From positions 1,080,001 through 1,112,000 of the forward strand of contig JBDHVY010000001.1 in the NCBI GenBank assembly GCA_039809905.1: 32,000 nucleotides of DNA, read 5' to 3'. This document shows positions 1-8,794 of this stretch, piece by piece; the first letter of the stretch is position 1, and every line of letters starts with the position of its first letter. The stretch comes from Candidatus Babelota bacterium. GTDB lineage: Bacteria > Babelota > Babeliae > Babelales > Vermiphilaceae. Position numbers and translations under genes: made by a program. The notes beneath the pieces are model-generated. The model was given only the letters and a program-made list of their open reading frames with translations. It was not told the origin of the DNA and did no database searches.

Positions 1-622
1 ATGTTCGAATGTACGTGCTTTTATCTGTAAATAATTGAACATAATCAGAGCAGGAATAGCAACAATTAGTCCGGCAATAGTTGTAATCAGTGCTTCTGCA
101 ATACCTGGTGCAATTGTTGCAATGTCGGCAATTTGAGCTTCACTAATGCGCATAAATGAATGAATTAATCCCCAAATAGTTCCAAAAAGTCCCAAAAGTG
201 GGCCTACTGCAGCACATGATGATAAAATGGATAAGTATTGTTCGTTATGTAGTAATATTGTATCAATGGTGGCGTCATTATATTTTTCAAATAATTCCCA
301 TTCAAAGGAATCTATTTTTCGCTGTAAATTGCCCTGTGATAATTCTTTTAAAAATGAAAGATTTTTAGAAATAAAATAACCAGCAGTGGTTTTCTGTTCA
401 GTTGCAGCAATATCAACAAGATCGGCAATGGTTTTTGCCGTTTGAATTTTTTTATTAACTAATTTTAAATGTCTTTCTTTTGCATAAAATAATGCGAGTT
501 TTCCTATAAAAATAGCCCAACAGGCAATAGACATACATAATAAGATAAGCAAAACGAATTTACTAACGGCATCAGATTGTGCTACAAGTAGCCAGAGAGA
601 ATTACCTGAAAAAATATTCATA
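1..622 (-). CDS. tolQ: MotA/TolQ/ExbB family proton channel protein (3' end cut by window edge)
   Basis: Reverse-strand translation MNIFSGNSLWLLVAQSDAVSKFVLLILCMSIACWAIF... then ...SSCAAVGPLLGLFGTIWGLIHSFMRISEAQIADIATIAPGIAEALITTIAGLIVAIPALIMFNYL, the classic TolQ/ExbB TM2-TM3 region. Read by hand; not in the ORF track because it is truncated. Confidence 0.88.
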
Positions 623-706
623 TCACATTCCTTAATTTGTTCTACTGAAGGTCATTCGAGCTTAACAGAAGTTGTTAATTTTGGAAAATGAAATTGTGCG
701 GATTCT

Positions 707-1678
707 TTATGATATAATGCATGGCAACTGTGGCAAATAGAGATCCACTGCATGCTTTCCACCATGTTTTTTTATAATATTACAGTGTATTTCATGAATA
801 CCTAAATTATCTCTTCTTGCTTGAATGTTTTTGATGATTAAATAATCAAGAAATGTTTGTTTTTTTTTATTCACATGATTGAGATGGTCTTTATAAAACA
901 TAATGCAATATTCAAATATATGTTCGCTATAAGATCGAACAGAGCAGTTGCCCGAATTTTTGGGAAGCGATGTTTCATAGGTGAGTTTCCATATTTTTTT
1001 ACGGCTATTTATGTTTAATTTATGTAATAAATCAGACATAAATGCATAGTCATTATTTACATCATTGCGTAATGCATCAGCTATTTTCCGATGAGAAAAA
1101 GATATTGTGGAATCCATAACATTAAGATTAAAGTCGTGCATGACAAATGAAAGCAAAAGCCGATGTGTTGTGCTTAATATATGAGTTAGAAGTTCTTGAG
1201 ATTGATAAGTTTTCTGTTCTTCTGGAGATAGCTCAAAGTAGTCAAATGGCGTATTGCTGATAAACGAGCCATTGGAATGCTTGCTACCAAATGGCAATTG
1301 TTTTCTGTTCTTATATAATTCTAAAATTTGTTCTTTAATTTTTGTGTATTTTGTTTTGTTCGTTTCTGTTTTTTCATTTTCTTCACAAAAATGAGCCTTA
1401 AGAAGTAATGAAGATAAATTGAGTTCACTCATAGCATTAAAGCTGTGGCAAACAATATCCCATATCTTGGGAGTTTGAAATGAAATTATGTTATTCAATT
1501 GGCGACATGTTAGACTTAAGCTTTTTATGCTCGTTGGAGTGCAAAATGCTGCAATACGTGGATGTATCTCTTTGGGTAATGTGAGCAATTCAAATTGTTC
1601 ATTTATCATGGCACAAGAAGGAATTATATTGAACAGTAAGACAGCGATTATTGGTAAATGTATAAATAATATTTGCAT
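707..1678 (-). CDS. Exported F-box-like domain protein
   Basis: Signal-peptide-like start MQILFIHLPIIAVLLFNIIPSCA, then LPKEIHPRIAAFCTPTSIKSLSLTCRQLNNII, which resembles an F-box (LPxEi...l...s..slsltCRxlnnii). The ORF opens at 1723, but the Met at 1678 gives the better signal peptide. Confidence 0.6.
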   Translation of the reverse strand: MQILFIHLPIIAVLLFNIIPSCAMINEQFELLTLPKEIHPRIAAFCTPTSIKSLSLTCRQLNNIISFQTPKIWDIVCHSFNAMSELNLSSLLLKAHFCEENEKTETNKTKYTKIKEQILELYKNRKQLPFGSKHSNGSFISNTPFDYFELSPEEQKTYQSQELLTHILSTTHRLLLSFVMHDFNLNVMDSTISFSHRKIADALRNDVNNDYAFMSDLLHKLNINSRKKIWKLTYETSLPKNSGNCSVRSYSEHIFEYCIMFYKDHLNHVNKKKQTFLDYLIIKNIQARRDNLGIHEIHCNIIKKHGGKHAVDLYLPQLPCIIS

Positions 1679-1873
1679 TCGCAATTCTCTGATTAATAAT
1701 AAACTATTAGAATCAATATACAATCAAGATCATTTATGTAAATATATATTTTTTTCTATAAAAATTAAATTATTGATTTCTATGCATACAATTAAAAATG
1801 AAATATGAGAATGCTGCTGTTTTTTGTTACAATTTATTTGTTTTTATCATATATGTATCAACAATAAGGAGGA

Positions 1874-3061
1874 GTGATGTTTTTTGTATCGATAATTTTT
1901 TTTGTTCTATCTTTTTTTCCATGTAACGCAATGGACCTTATGCAAAGGAAAAATGAAAGCTATCCTTCTTATGTCTGCATGTTATTTCATGCAATTGTTG
2001 ATTATGATTATGAAAAATCCCGTGAATTGATCAAAGACCATCCGCAGTTAATTAATATCTGTGCTTTATATCATAAGCCTAACAATTTTTGTGAAAAAAT
2101 TACTCCCGTACATTTAGCTGCTCTTGAGGGTAATAGTGTTGCTCTTGAGCAATTGCTTGTTGTTTCACCCCAAGCTATTAACGCAGTAGCAGAACATGGA
2201 AATACACCATTGCATTTGGCAAGCAATGAGCGTATAGCACAATTATTATTAGATAATGGTGCTCGTGAGGTTGTTAATCAACACAACAATGCGGGAAATA
2301 CTCCCTTATATGAAGCTCTTTATGGTAAGCATCATGAAGAACCATATTTTGATGTTGCCAGATACTTACTGAGATATACAGATGTTTGTGATGAAAAACT
2401 TCCCGATAAACAAATAGTTTTGCGTGCTGTTAATTATAAAAATATCAGTTACCTGTCTGATCAATTGCTTATTAGCAATCGCACAGATTATAGAGCGGCA
2501 TTTGATTCGGTTCTTCAAACAAAAAAATCTCTTTTTATAGCGAGTTTTATTGATACATTGGCAAAAAGATTTTTTGAAAACAAGCTTGATTATAAATCAG
2601 AACAATTTTTTATAGAAGAATTGTTTTATTGGGATGGCATTGCTGATCAAGGGCGTCAACATTATTTTCTTAAAACAGTGCGAGAGCGTCCAGATAAGTG
2701 TTCATTTTTTCTTAAAAGAGGAATGAAGATTAATTATAAAAATAAAGATGGCATATCTCCATTGTTGTATGCTATATATCCTTGGATAAAAAAATCATGG
2801 AACGATGTTCCATCACTACATAAATATAATATTTGTGCATTGCTTACTCATGGTGCTGCTGTTACTAAGAGCATGTTGCAAAAGTCGAATGGATATTTGA
2901 AAAAATTATTGAGAAAACAATATGAAACACAACTGTGTTTTATGTGTTTTGAAAATGCTGATGATTTATCAGATATTCCATGTCCAAAACAACATTCAAA
3001 ATTGGTGTGTTCGACCTGTTATTCGCTTTTTGCTCAATGTCCGTTATGTTTTAATTCTTAA
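1874..3061 (+). CDS. Exported ankyrin-repeat protein with C-terminal RING-like zinc finger
   Basis: N-terminal hydrophobic signal MMFFVSIIFFVLSFFPCNAM. Ankyrin repeats: TPVHLAALEGNSVALEQLL, GNTPLHLASNERIAQLLLDNGA, GNTPLYEALYG. C-terminus CFMCFENADDLSDIPCPKQHSKLVCSTCYSLFAQCPLC = C-x2-C-x11-C-x3-H-x4-C-x2-C-x6-C-x2-C. Confidence 0.8.
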   Translation: MMFFVSIIFFVLSFFPCNAMDLMQRKNESYPSYVCMLFHAIVDYDYEKSRELIKDHPQLINICALYHKPNNFCEKITPVHLAALEGNSVALEQLLVVSPQAINAVAEHGNTPLHLASNERIAQLLLDNGAREVVNQHNNAGNTPLYEALYGKHHEEPYFDVARYLLRYTDVCDEKLPDKQIVLRAVNYKNISYLSDQLLISNRTDYRAAFDSVLQTKKSLFIASFIDTLAKRFFENKLDYKSEQFFIEELFYWDGIADQGRQHYFLKTVRERPDKCSFFLKRGMKINYKNKDGISPLLYAIYPWIKKSWNDVPSLHKYNICALLTHGAAVTKSMLQKSNGYLKKLLRKQYETQLCFMCFENADDLSDIPCPKQHSKLVCSTCYSLFAQCPLCFNS

Positions 3062-3179
3062 TGTTAGTTTATTAAAAGTTGTTTGAAGTTTTTGGTGTAA
3101 ATTTTATTGCTATACAGTTTTTGCTTAATGTAGGGTGAATAAGATTGTTTTTTATACTTAAAAAAGGGCAGTAAATAAT

Positions 3180-3542
3180 ATGAAGTCACCAAAATATTTT
3201 TTCAATGAAGAAATTGTTGAATTAACATTACAGAATACTTTTTTTAGAAAAGAAGTCTTTACTGGTAATCATAGTCAAATTGTATTGATGAGTGTAGCTC
3301 CCGGACAAGAAATTGGTAAGGAGATACATCATGTAGATCAAATTCTTTTTTTTGTTGATGGGCAAGGCGTTGCCATTCTTAATGATGTCCAATCAGATGT
3401 GCTTCCCTATCATATGGTGTTTGTACCTTCTGGTGTTGAGCATAATTTTAAAAATACTGGTGAAAGAGATATGAAAATATGCACCATTTATTCACCAGCA
3501 GAACATAAACCAGGAACAGAAGAAGAAAAAAAGACTCGATAA
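3180..3542 (+). CDS. Cupin domain protein
   Basis: 120 aa with IHHVDQILFFVDGQGVAILNDVQSDVLPYHMVFVPSGVEHNFKNTGERDMKICTIYSP, a cupin motif 1/2 pattern. Confidence 0.85.
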   Translation: MKSPKYFFNEEIVELTLQNTFFRKEVFTGNHSQIVLMSVAPGQEIGKEIHHVDQILFFVDGQGVAILNDVQSDVLPYHMVFVPSGVEHNFKNTGERDMKICTIYSPAEHKPGTEEEKKTR

Positions 3543-3552
3543 TAAGGATATT

Positions 3553-4092
3553 GTGAGCTCTGTCAAAAAAAAACTATGTATATTCACGATTGGCCATTCG
3601 ACAAGATCAATACAAGAGTTTTTAGAGATTTTGAAAACGTATCATATTGCTGAGCTTGTAGATATACGTACAATAGCAAAATCACGACATAATCCTCAGT
3701 TTAATGGTGATGAATTAGCACAAGTTTTACGAAACCATCATGTTGGTTATCGTCATCAAAAAGATTTAGGAGGGTTGCGTCATACTCATAAAAATTCAAT
3801 TAATACAGCATGGAGAAATTCTTCATTTCGTGGATATGCTGATTATATGCAGACAGAAGAATTTAAAGAGGGCATTCAGAAATTAATTGAAACTGCCCAA
3901 TCTAAAGTAGTTGCTATTATGTGTGCTGAAGCAGTTCCATGGCGTTGTCACCGATCATTGATTGGCGATGCTTTACTTGTGCGCGATATACATGTTGAAG
4001 ATATTTATAGTATAACATCAGTCAAACCCCATACACTAACTCCTTGGGCTGTTGTGCATGGAATTGACGTTATATATCCAGCTGCTAAATAA
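3553..4092 (+). CDS. DUF488 domain-containing protein
   Basis: IFTIGHSTRSIQEFLEILKTYHIAELVDIRTIAKSRHNPQFN ... VAIMCAEAVPWRCHRSLIGDALL is typical of DUF488. GTG start. Confidence 0.88.
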   Translation: MSSVKKKLCIFTIGHSTRSIQEFLEILKTYHIAELVDIRTIAKSRHNPQFNGDELAQVLRNHHVGYRHQKDLGGLRHTHKNSINTAWRNSSFRGYADYMQTEEFKEGIQKLIETAQSKVVAIMCAEAVPWRCHRSLIGDALLVRDIHVEDIYSITSVKPHTLTPWAVVHGIDVIYPAAK

Positions 4093-4100
4093 AGGTCAAT

Positions 4101-4613
4101 ATGATCAAAGATCAAATAGGATACGGTTTAAAAATTTTATTTATCGGTATTAATCCGCATCCTGGTTCATATAGGCGTGGAGTTCCTTTTTCAAACAATA
4201 AAATGTTTTGGTATCTTTTAAGTGCAGCAGGTCTTTTGGATGAATCACGAGAGATATTAAAAGATGATGTAAAACTTAAATATATTTATGAAAATGTATT
4301 AAAAAAGAAGTACAAATACGGCTTAATTAATTTAGTTAATTCTCCTTCAATAACGGCAGCAGAATTGAATAAAGCAGAAGTGCTGCCAGGAAGAAAAAAG
4401 ATTTTACAGGCGATAAAAAAATATAAACCCCGCGTTGTTTGTTTTATTGGAAAAGGTAATTATGCTTTATTTATTGGATCTTCTGATATTTCTTATGGTT
4501 GGCAATCCAATATTGGCGAATCAAAAATATATGTAGCCCATGCTCTTCACCATGGGTTAGCAAACATACGAGTTGAAGAATTTCAGGAAGTGAAAAAAGC
4601 TGCCAATAAATAA
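4101..4613 (+). CDS. G/U mismatch-specific uracil-DNA glycosylase (Mug/TDG family)-like
   Basis: LKILFIGINPHPGSYRRGVPFSNNKMFWYLLSAAGLL resembles the Mug/TDG GINP motif and following region. The C-terminal motif reads HALHHGLANI. Confidence 0.75.
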   Translation: MIKDQIGYGLKILFIGINPHPGSYRRGVPFSNNKMFWYLLSAAGLLDESREILKDDVKLKYIYENVLKKKYKYGLINLVNSPSITAAELNKAEVLPGRKKILQAIKKYKPRVVCFIGKGNYALFIGSSDISYGWQSNIGESKIYVAHALHHGLANIRVEEFQEVKKAANK

Positions 4614-4616
4614 TTA

Positions 4617-6308
4617 TTATTCTTTATTTTCTCCTCCAAATGTGAATACATATGCTTGAAGGCCTTTAGGGCATTGTAGAGTCAGTGTGTGTCTTGCGTA
4701 ATCTTCTTTTAAATCAATAATTTCGTACATGCGCGCTTGATGGACTATAATTTTTCCTTGATCATTCATATCATGAGTCCAATATTTTTTTGGCACCGGT
4801 TTTTCATCAAGCAAAATAGTAAGTTCTATTGGTGTGTCTGCCTGCATTACCAAGTAAACGTGATGTGCAATAAAATTTAATATTATCGAGCTTGTATTGC
4901 TATTACTTTGTATACAATCAGAAGTAATGGTCCATGTTCCTTGTAAGCCAACCTGATTATTATCAAGCTTGTCTGTTGTTTGATACATAAAAGATGTATT
5001 TTTTTGTATGTGTAAAGATGGATGATAACTGTTACCGCGTTCAAAACCAAGATATGTTTCAGGAGTCAGTGCTTTTGTAAATGCACATTCTTCTATTTTG
5101 TTGCAGGCAGGCATGCCCAGTAAACTGCGAATCGCGTTTTCCATTTCCACATAACCGCCTTCACCAAAATGTTTTTTTATAATGGTGCCATTTCGATCAA
5201 TAAGATAATGTGCTGGCCAATAATGATTATTATAAGCATTCCACGTTTGATAATCACTATCTAATGCGACGGGATATGTAATATTAAATCTTTTAATTGC
5301 ATCTTCAACGTGTTGTTTGTTTTTTTCGAATGCAAATTCAGGAGTATGAATACCAATTACGGTAAAACCGTATTTTTTATATGAATTATACCATTCTGTT
5401 ACGTGAGGTAATGTGCGGATACAATTAATACAGGTATATGTCCAAAAATCAAGAAGGATGACGGTGCCATGCAGCTGTGCAATTGTTAGTGGTTCTGAAT
5501 TAATCCAATCAGTGATTCCTTGCAATTCAGGAGCTTTTGACATTGTTTCAATTCCTTTTGTTTCTCTCAATATATTCAGTTCTTCTTCTAAGGCTTTATT
5601 TTGTTCAATGGAAATTGTTGGGAACCAATAGGCCATTTTTTCTTGAAATATAATATCAAGATGAAAGATCATTCCAATCGCACTTATAATAACAATTATG
5701 CCAAATATTTGCCTAATCGTCTGCGTATAAGGAGTAATGCTTGTTATAGAGTTCATTATTTTTGAACTACCAAAGCAAAATAAAAGCATTGGTATTGCCG
5801 CGCCAATTGAATAGGCGAGAGTGATGATTATTGTAGAAAAAGTAGTTTTTCCTGCTGCTGCAAGTGTAGTAATTGTTGCTAAAATTGGGCCAGCACAGGG
5901 AGTCCATAAAAGACCAAGTGCAATTCCTAACAGAAAACCGCTCATAAAATGCTCATGCATAGCGATCGAATGTTCTTGTATAAAATTTCCTGCTCGCGCA
6001 ATGTGTTGTGTAAGTTTAATAAATGCTTGCTCAAAAGAAGGAATAATCATAGTAAGGCCAAAGAATATAACAATAGCTAAGGCAATATATCTAAAAATAT
6101 CAGGAGAAATTCCGGTTGCTTGAACAATGGTGCTCAAAGTTAAGGTGAAAAATGAAAAACTTAGGATCAGTCCAATAACGATGCCAAATGGTTTTTTATG
6201 GTTACCATTACTGCCGGCAGTGAATAAAATGGGGGCAATGGAGAGTATACAGGGAGAAAAAATAGTAATAAGACCTGCCAGGAATGAAAAAACAATGAGC
6301 AAAAGCAT
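4617..6308 (-). CDS. dipZ: DipZ-like fusion: CcdA/DsbD-type membrane domain + thioredoxin-like domain + C-terminal DipZ domain
   Basis: Multi-TM N-terminus with FSPCILSIAPILF and GIALGLLWTPCAGPILATI, then a thioredoxin-like domain VILLDFWTYTCINCIRTLPHVTEWYNSYKKYGFTVIGIHTPEF. Confidence 0.85.
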   Translation of the reverse strand: MLLLIVFSFLAGLITIFSPCILSIAPILFTAGSNGNHKKPFGIVIGLILSFSFFTLTLSTIVQATGISPDIFRYIALAIVIFFGLTMIIPSFEQAFIKLTQHIARAGNFIQEHSIAMHEHFMSGFLLGIALGLLWTPCAGPILATITTLAAAGKTTFSTIIITLAYSIGAAIPMLLFCFGSSKIMNSITSITPYTQTIRQIFGIIVIISAIGMIFHLDIIFQEKMAYWFPTISIEQNKALEEELNILRETKGIETMSKAPELQGITDWINSEPLTIAQLHGTVILLDFWTYTCINCIRTLPHVTEWYNSYKKYGFTVIGIHTPEFAFEKNKQHVEDAIKRFNITYPVALDSDYQTWNAYNNHYWPAHYLIDRNGTIIKKHFGEGGYVEMENAIRSLLGMPACNKIEECAFTKALTPETYLGFERGNSYHPSLHIQKNTSFMYQTTDKLDNNQVGLQGTWTITSDCIQSNSNTSSIILNFIAHHVYLVMQADTPIELTILLDEKPVPKKYWTHDMNDQGKIIVHQARMYEIIDLKEDYARHTLTLQCPKGLQAYVFTFGGENKE

Positions 6309-6462
6309 AATAAGATCCTTTTTTAGTTATTTTGCTTGAGCATGACATTTTTTATGGGTAAATGGGTATAATCTGTCATTTTTTCTTAAAAATGGTATGA
6401 TAAAAAAGAAATAATATCTGAAAATTATGAAGCTCGGTGGAACTTGCTATAAGCTCTTAACC

Positions 6463-6526
6463 GGGGTCCTCATCCGAAATAATTTGTCCTTCGTAGCTTC
6501 AGCGAAGTAGGAAATGAAGGATGGGG
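6463..6526 (+). repeat. Dispersed palindromic repeat copy E1 (64 nt), upstream of and overlapping the alternative mnmA start
   Basis: ggggtcctcatccgaaataatttgtccttcgtagcttcagcgaagtaggaaatgaaggatgggg. It is an inverted match (55/64 by hand) to 7598-7661 with no gaps, and internally palindromic (CCTCATCC/GGATGGGG; CTTCG/CGAAG). Confidence 0.85.
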
Positions 6527-6546
6527 CTAATACATGGGGTATAATA

Positions 6547-7674
6547 ATGAAGGTTGCAGTGCTAGTATCAGGAGGAGTTGATAGTTCAGTTGCCCTCCAA
6601 TTGCTTAAAAACCAAGGGCATGATGTAACTGCTTTTTACCTTAAAATATGGCTAGAAGATGAGCTTTCCTATCTGGGAGATTGTCCTTGGCAGGAAGATC
6701 TTTCCTATGTACAACAGGTTTGTGATCAACTCAATGTTCCTCTTGAGGTGATATCTTTACAAAAAGAATACAAGGATGAAGTGGTAGCCCATACTATTGC
6801 GCAAGTAAAAGCTGGACGCACACCAAATCCTGATATTTTATGTAATCAACGTATTAAATTTGGTCTTTTTCTGGACAAAATCGATTCCAGCTTTGAAAAA
6901 GTTGCGTCTGGGCATTATGCCCAAATTCGTGAAAAAGACGGAATATTTGAATTGTTTCAATCACCTGATCCCATCAAAGATCAAACATATTTTTTATCCC
7001 ATTTGAGTCAAGATCAATTAAAACGAGTGTTGTTTCCGATTGGACATCTGAAAAAAAATGAATTGCGTGCTTTAGCGCATGATTTTAATCTGCCCAATAA
7101 AGATCGTAAAGATAGCCAAGGTATTTGTTTTTTGGGAAAATTTAAATTTAGCGATTTTATTAAACATCATCTGGGTACACAGCAAGGTCTTATGATTGAA
7201 AGTGAAACAGGAAACATTATGGGTCATCATGATGGTTTTTGGTTTTATACCATTGGTCAACGTCAAGGACTGGGTTTGGGTGGAGGACCATGGTATGTGG
7301 TTGCAAAAGATAGCGTTAAAAATATTGTTTATATTTCTCGTAACTATTATGATGCTGAAAAGCAACGAGACCACTTTATGGTTCAAAAAATACATTGGTT
7401 ATCTGGTGTAGCCCGTACACTAACGAATCTTTCTGTTAAATTGCGTCATGGAGCGCAAAAATATTCCTGCGTGTTGGATTATAATATGGATGATGCTGTA
7501 TCAATAAAAATTTCAGAAAGAGATCAAGGTATTGCAGCTGGGCAATATGCAGTGTTTTATGATGGTGATGTGTGTCTTGGTAGTGGGGTAATTTCAACCC
7601 CATCCTCCATTTCCTATTTTGCTGAAGCTACGAAGGACAAGTCATTCCCCATGGGGACCCCAAATAAAGATTAA
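6547..7674 (+). CDS. mnmA: tRNA-specific 2-thiouridylase MnmA
   Basis: MKVAVLVSGGVDSSVALQLLKNQGHDVTAFYLKIW, GRTPNPDILCNQRIKF, DRKDSQGICFLG, GQRQGLGLGGGPWYVV. An alternative start exists at 6514 (MKDGANTWGII-). The last ~20 codons derive from repeat E2. Confidence 0.95.
   Translation: MKVAVLVSGGVDSSVALQLLKNQGHDVTAFYLKIWLEDELSYLGDCPWQEDLSYVQQVCDQLNVPLEVISLQKEYKDEVVAHTIAQVKAGRTPNPDILCNQRIKFGLFLDKIDSSFEKVASGHYAQIREKDGIFELFQSPDPIKDQTYFLSHLSQDQLKRVLFPIGHLKKNELRALAHDFNLPNKDRKDSQGICFLGKFKFSDFIKHHLGTQQGLMIESETGNIMGHHDGFWFYTIGQRQGLGLGGGPWYVVAKDSVKNIVYISRNYYDAEKQRDHFMVQKIHWLSGVARTLTNLSVKLRHGAQKYSCVLDYNMDDAVSIKISERDQGIAAGQYAVFYDGDVCLGSGVISTPSSISYFAEATKDKSFPMGTPNKD
7598..7661 (-). repeat. Dispersed palindromic repeat copy E2 (64 nt) inside the 3' end of mnmA
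   Basis: Reverse complement is ggggtccccatggggaatgacttgtccttcgtagcttcagcaaaataggaaatggaggatgggg, same length as E1 with 9 mismatches. A central 20-mer (ttgtccttcgtagcttcagc) is identical. Confidence 0.85.
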
Positions 7675-7680
7675 GATAAG

Positions 7681-8298
7681 ATGAAAAAAATTAATCTTGC
7701 CCGTTTTAAACTACAGATATTTAATCGTTTGCCAAAAGCGGAAAAGCGTATCACGATTCCTACGCTTTTTACATTAGCAAGAGTTATTGTTACACCTATT
7801 ATTATAAGTTCCATGGTTTTCGGTTGGTGGGGAGTAGCATTTTTCTTTTTTGTTTTTGCATGTCTTACTGATCTGGTAGATGGTTTTTTGGCCCGTGTTC
7901 TTAATGAAAAAACATTTCTTGGTGCCTGTCTTGATCCTATTGCAGATAAATTATTACTTATTTCATGTTTTTGTACGCTTGCATTTGTTGCTACGCCACT
8001 ATTTTCAGTGCCGCGTTGGTTTGTATTTTTTGTGATAGGTAAAGAGTTATTACAAATTGGTGGAGCTTTCATAATTTACTGGTTACGTGGTCATCTTAAC
8101 GTACAACCTACTGTGTTGGGAAAAACTACTACATGTATTCAAATGATATTTATTATGTGGTTATTTTCCTGCTACTTTTTTTGTTGGGTTCCTATTAAAA
8201 CCTATTATGCTATGCTGAGCCTTATGGTATTTTTTATTAGCGCAGCTTTTATACAATATGTGCGTATTGGTTTGCGCATTATCGCCACAAAAAAGTAA
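7681..8298 (+). CDS. pgsA: CDP-diacylglycerol--glycerol-3-phosphate 3-phosphatidyltransferase (CDP-alcohol phosphatidyltransferase family)
   Basis: ITIPTLFTLARVIVTPIII and DLVDGFLARVLNEKTFLGACLDPIADKLLL, the CDP-alcohol phosphotransferase motif. Confidence 0.9.
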   Translation: MKKINLARFKLQIFNRLPKAEKRITIPTLFTLARVIVTPIIISSMVFGWWGVAFFFFVFACLTDLVDGFLARVLNEKTFLGACLDPIADKLLLISCFCTLAFVATPLFSVPRWFVFFVIGKELLQIGGAFIIYWLRGHLNVQPTVLGKTTTCIQMIFIMWLFSCYFFCWVPIKTYYAMLSLMVFFISAAFIQYVRIGLRIIATKK

Positions 8299-8305
8299 AA
8301 AAATT

Positions 8306-8692
8306 ATGAAAAAAAAATCGATTGTATTTTTAATGAGTATGATTGGTATTGCCAGCGCATATTGCGCGTGCCAAGAATTTATTAAACCAAAAACAAAAAA
8401 AGTATACGTTTCTGAACAACAATGTGTTGAATTAGACGGTGAAATTATTATATCAGTGACGGATGCACAAAATGCATTAGCAGATATTCTTAAAACTATA
8501 GCTTTGATTGGTAAAAAATCTCTTGATAAAGTAACTAATCATGTCAATGGAGAAAAAAGTGGACTTACTAAGATTGAGCGTACCGAGCGTTATGAAAAGA
8601 AAATAAAAATAAAGAAAGAAATTGAAGATTGTATGTTTCAGTTACAACAAACCTGTCAAAATCTTTCTCATCTTATGTCTGCTTTAGATTGA
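8306..8692 (+). CDS. Hypothetical secreted protein
   Basis: MKKKSIVFLMSMIGIASAYCACQEF signal peptide/lipobox-like start. No recognised domain. Confidence 0.6.
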   Translation: MKKKSIVFLMSMIGIASAYCACQEFIKPKTKKVYVSEQQCVELDGEIIISVTDAQNALADILKTIALIGKKSLDKVTNHVNGEKSGLTKIERTERYEKKIKIKKEIEDCMFQLQQTCQNLSHLMSALD

Positions 8693-8794
8693 TGACAATA
8701 TTTTCTAATAGAGCATTTTTTGGGGTTTCCCGAAATAGTTTTTTTTGATATACTATATATAGTATAAAAAATCAGATTTCAAAAAATTACTAAT

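Noticed and set aside
1488-1808. 106-aa plus-strand ORF
   Set aside because: Antisense to the F-box-like gene start, no recognisable protein features.
6463-7661. Composite transposon or IS element carrying mnmA
   Set aside because: No transposase, no clear target-site duplication, and the inverted pair belongs to a family with single copies elsewhere. Described as repeats only.
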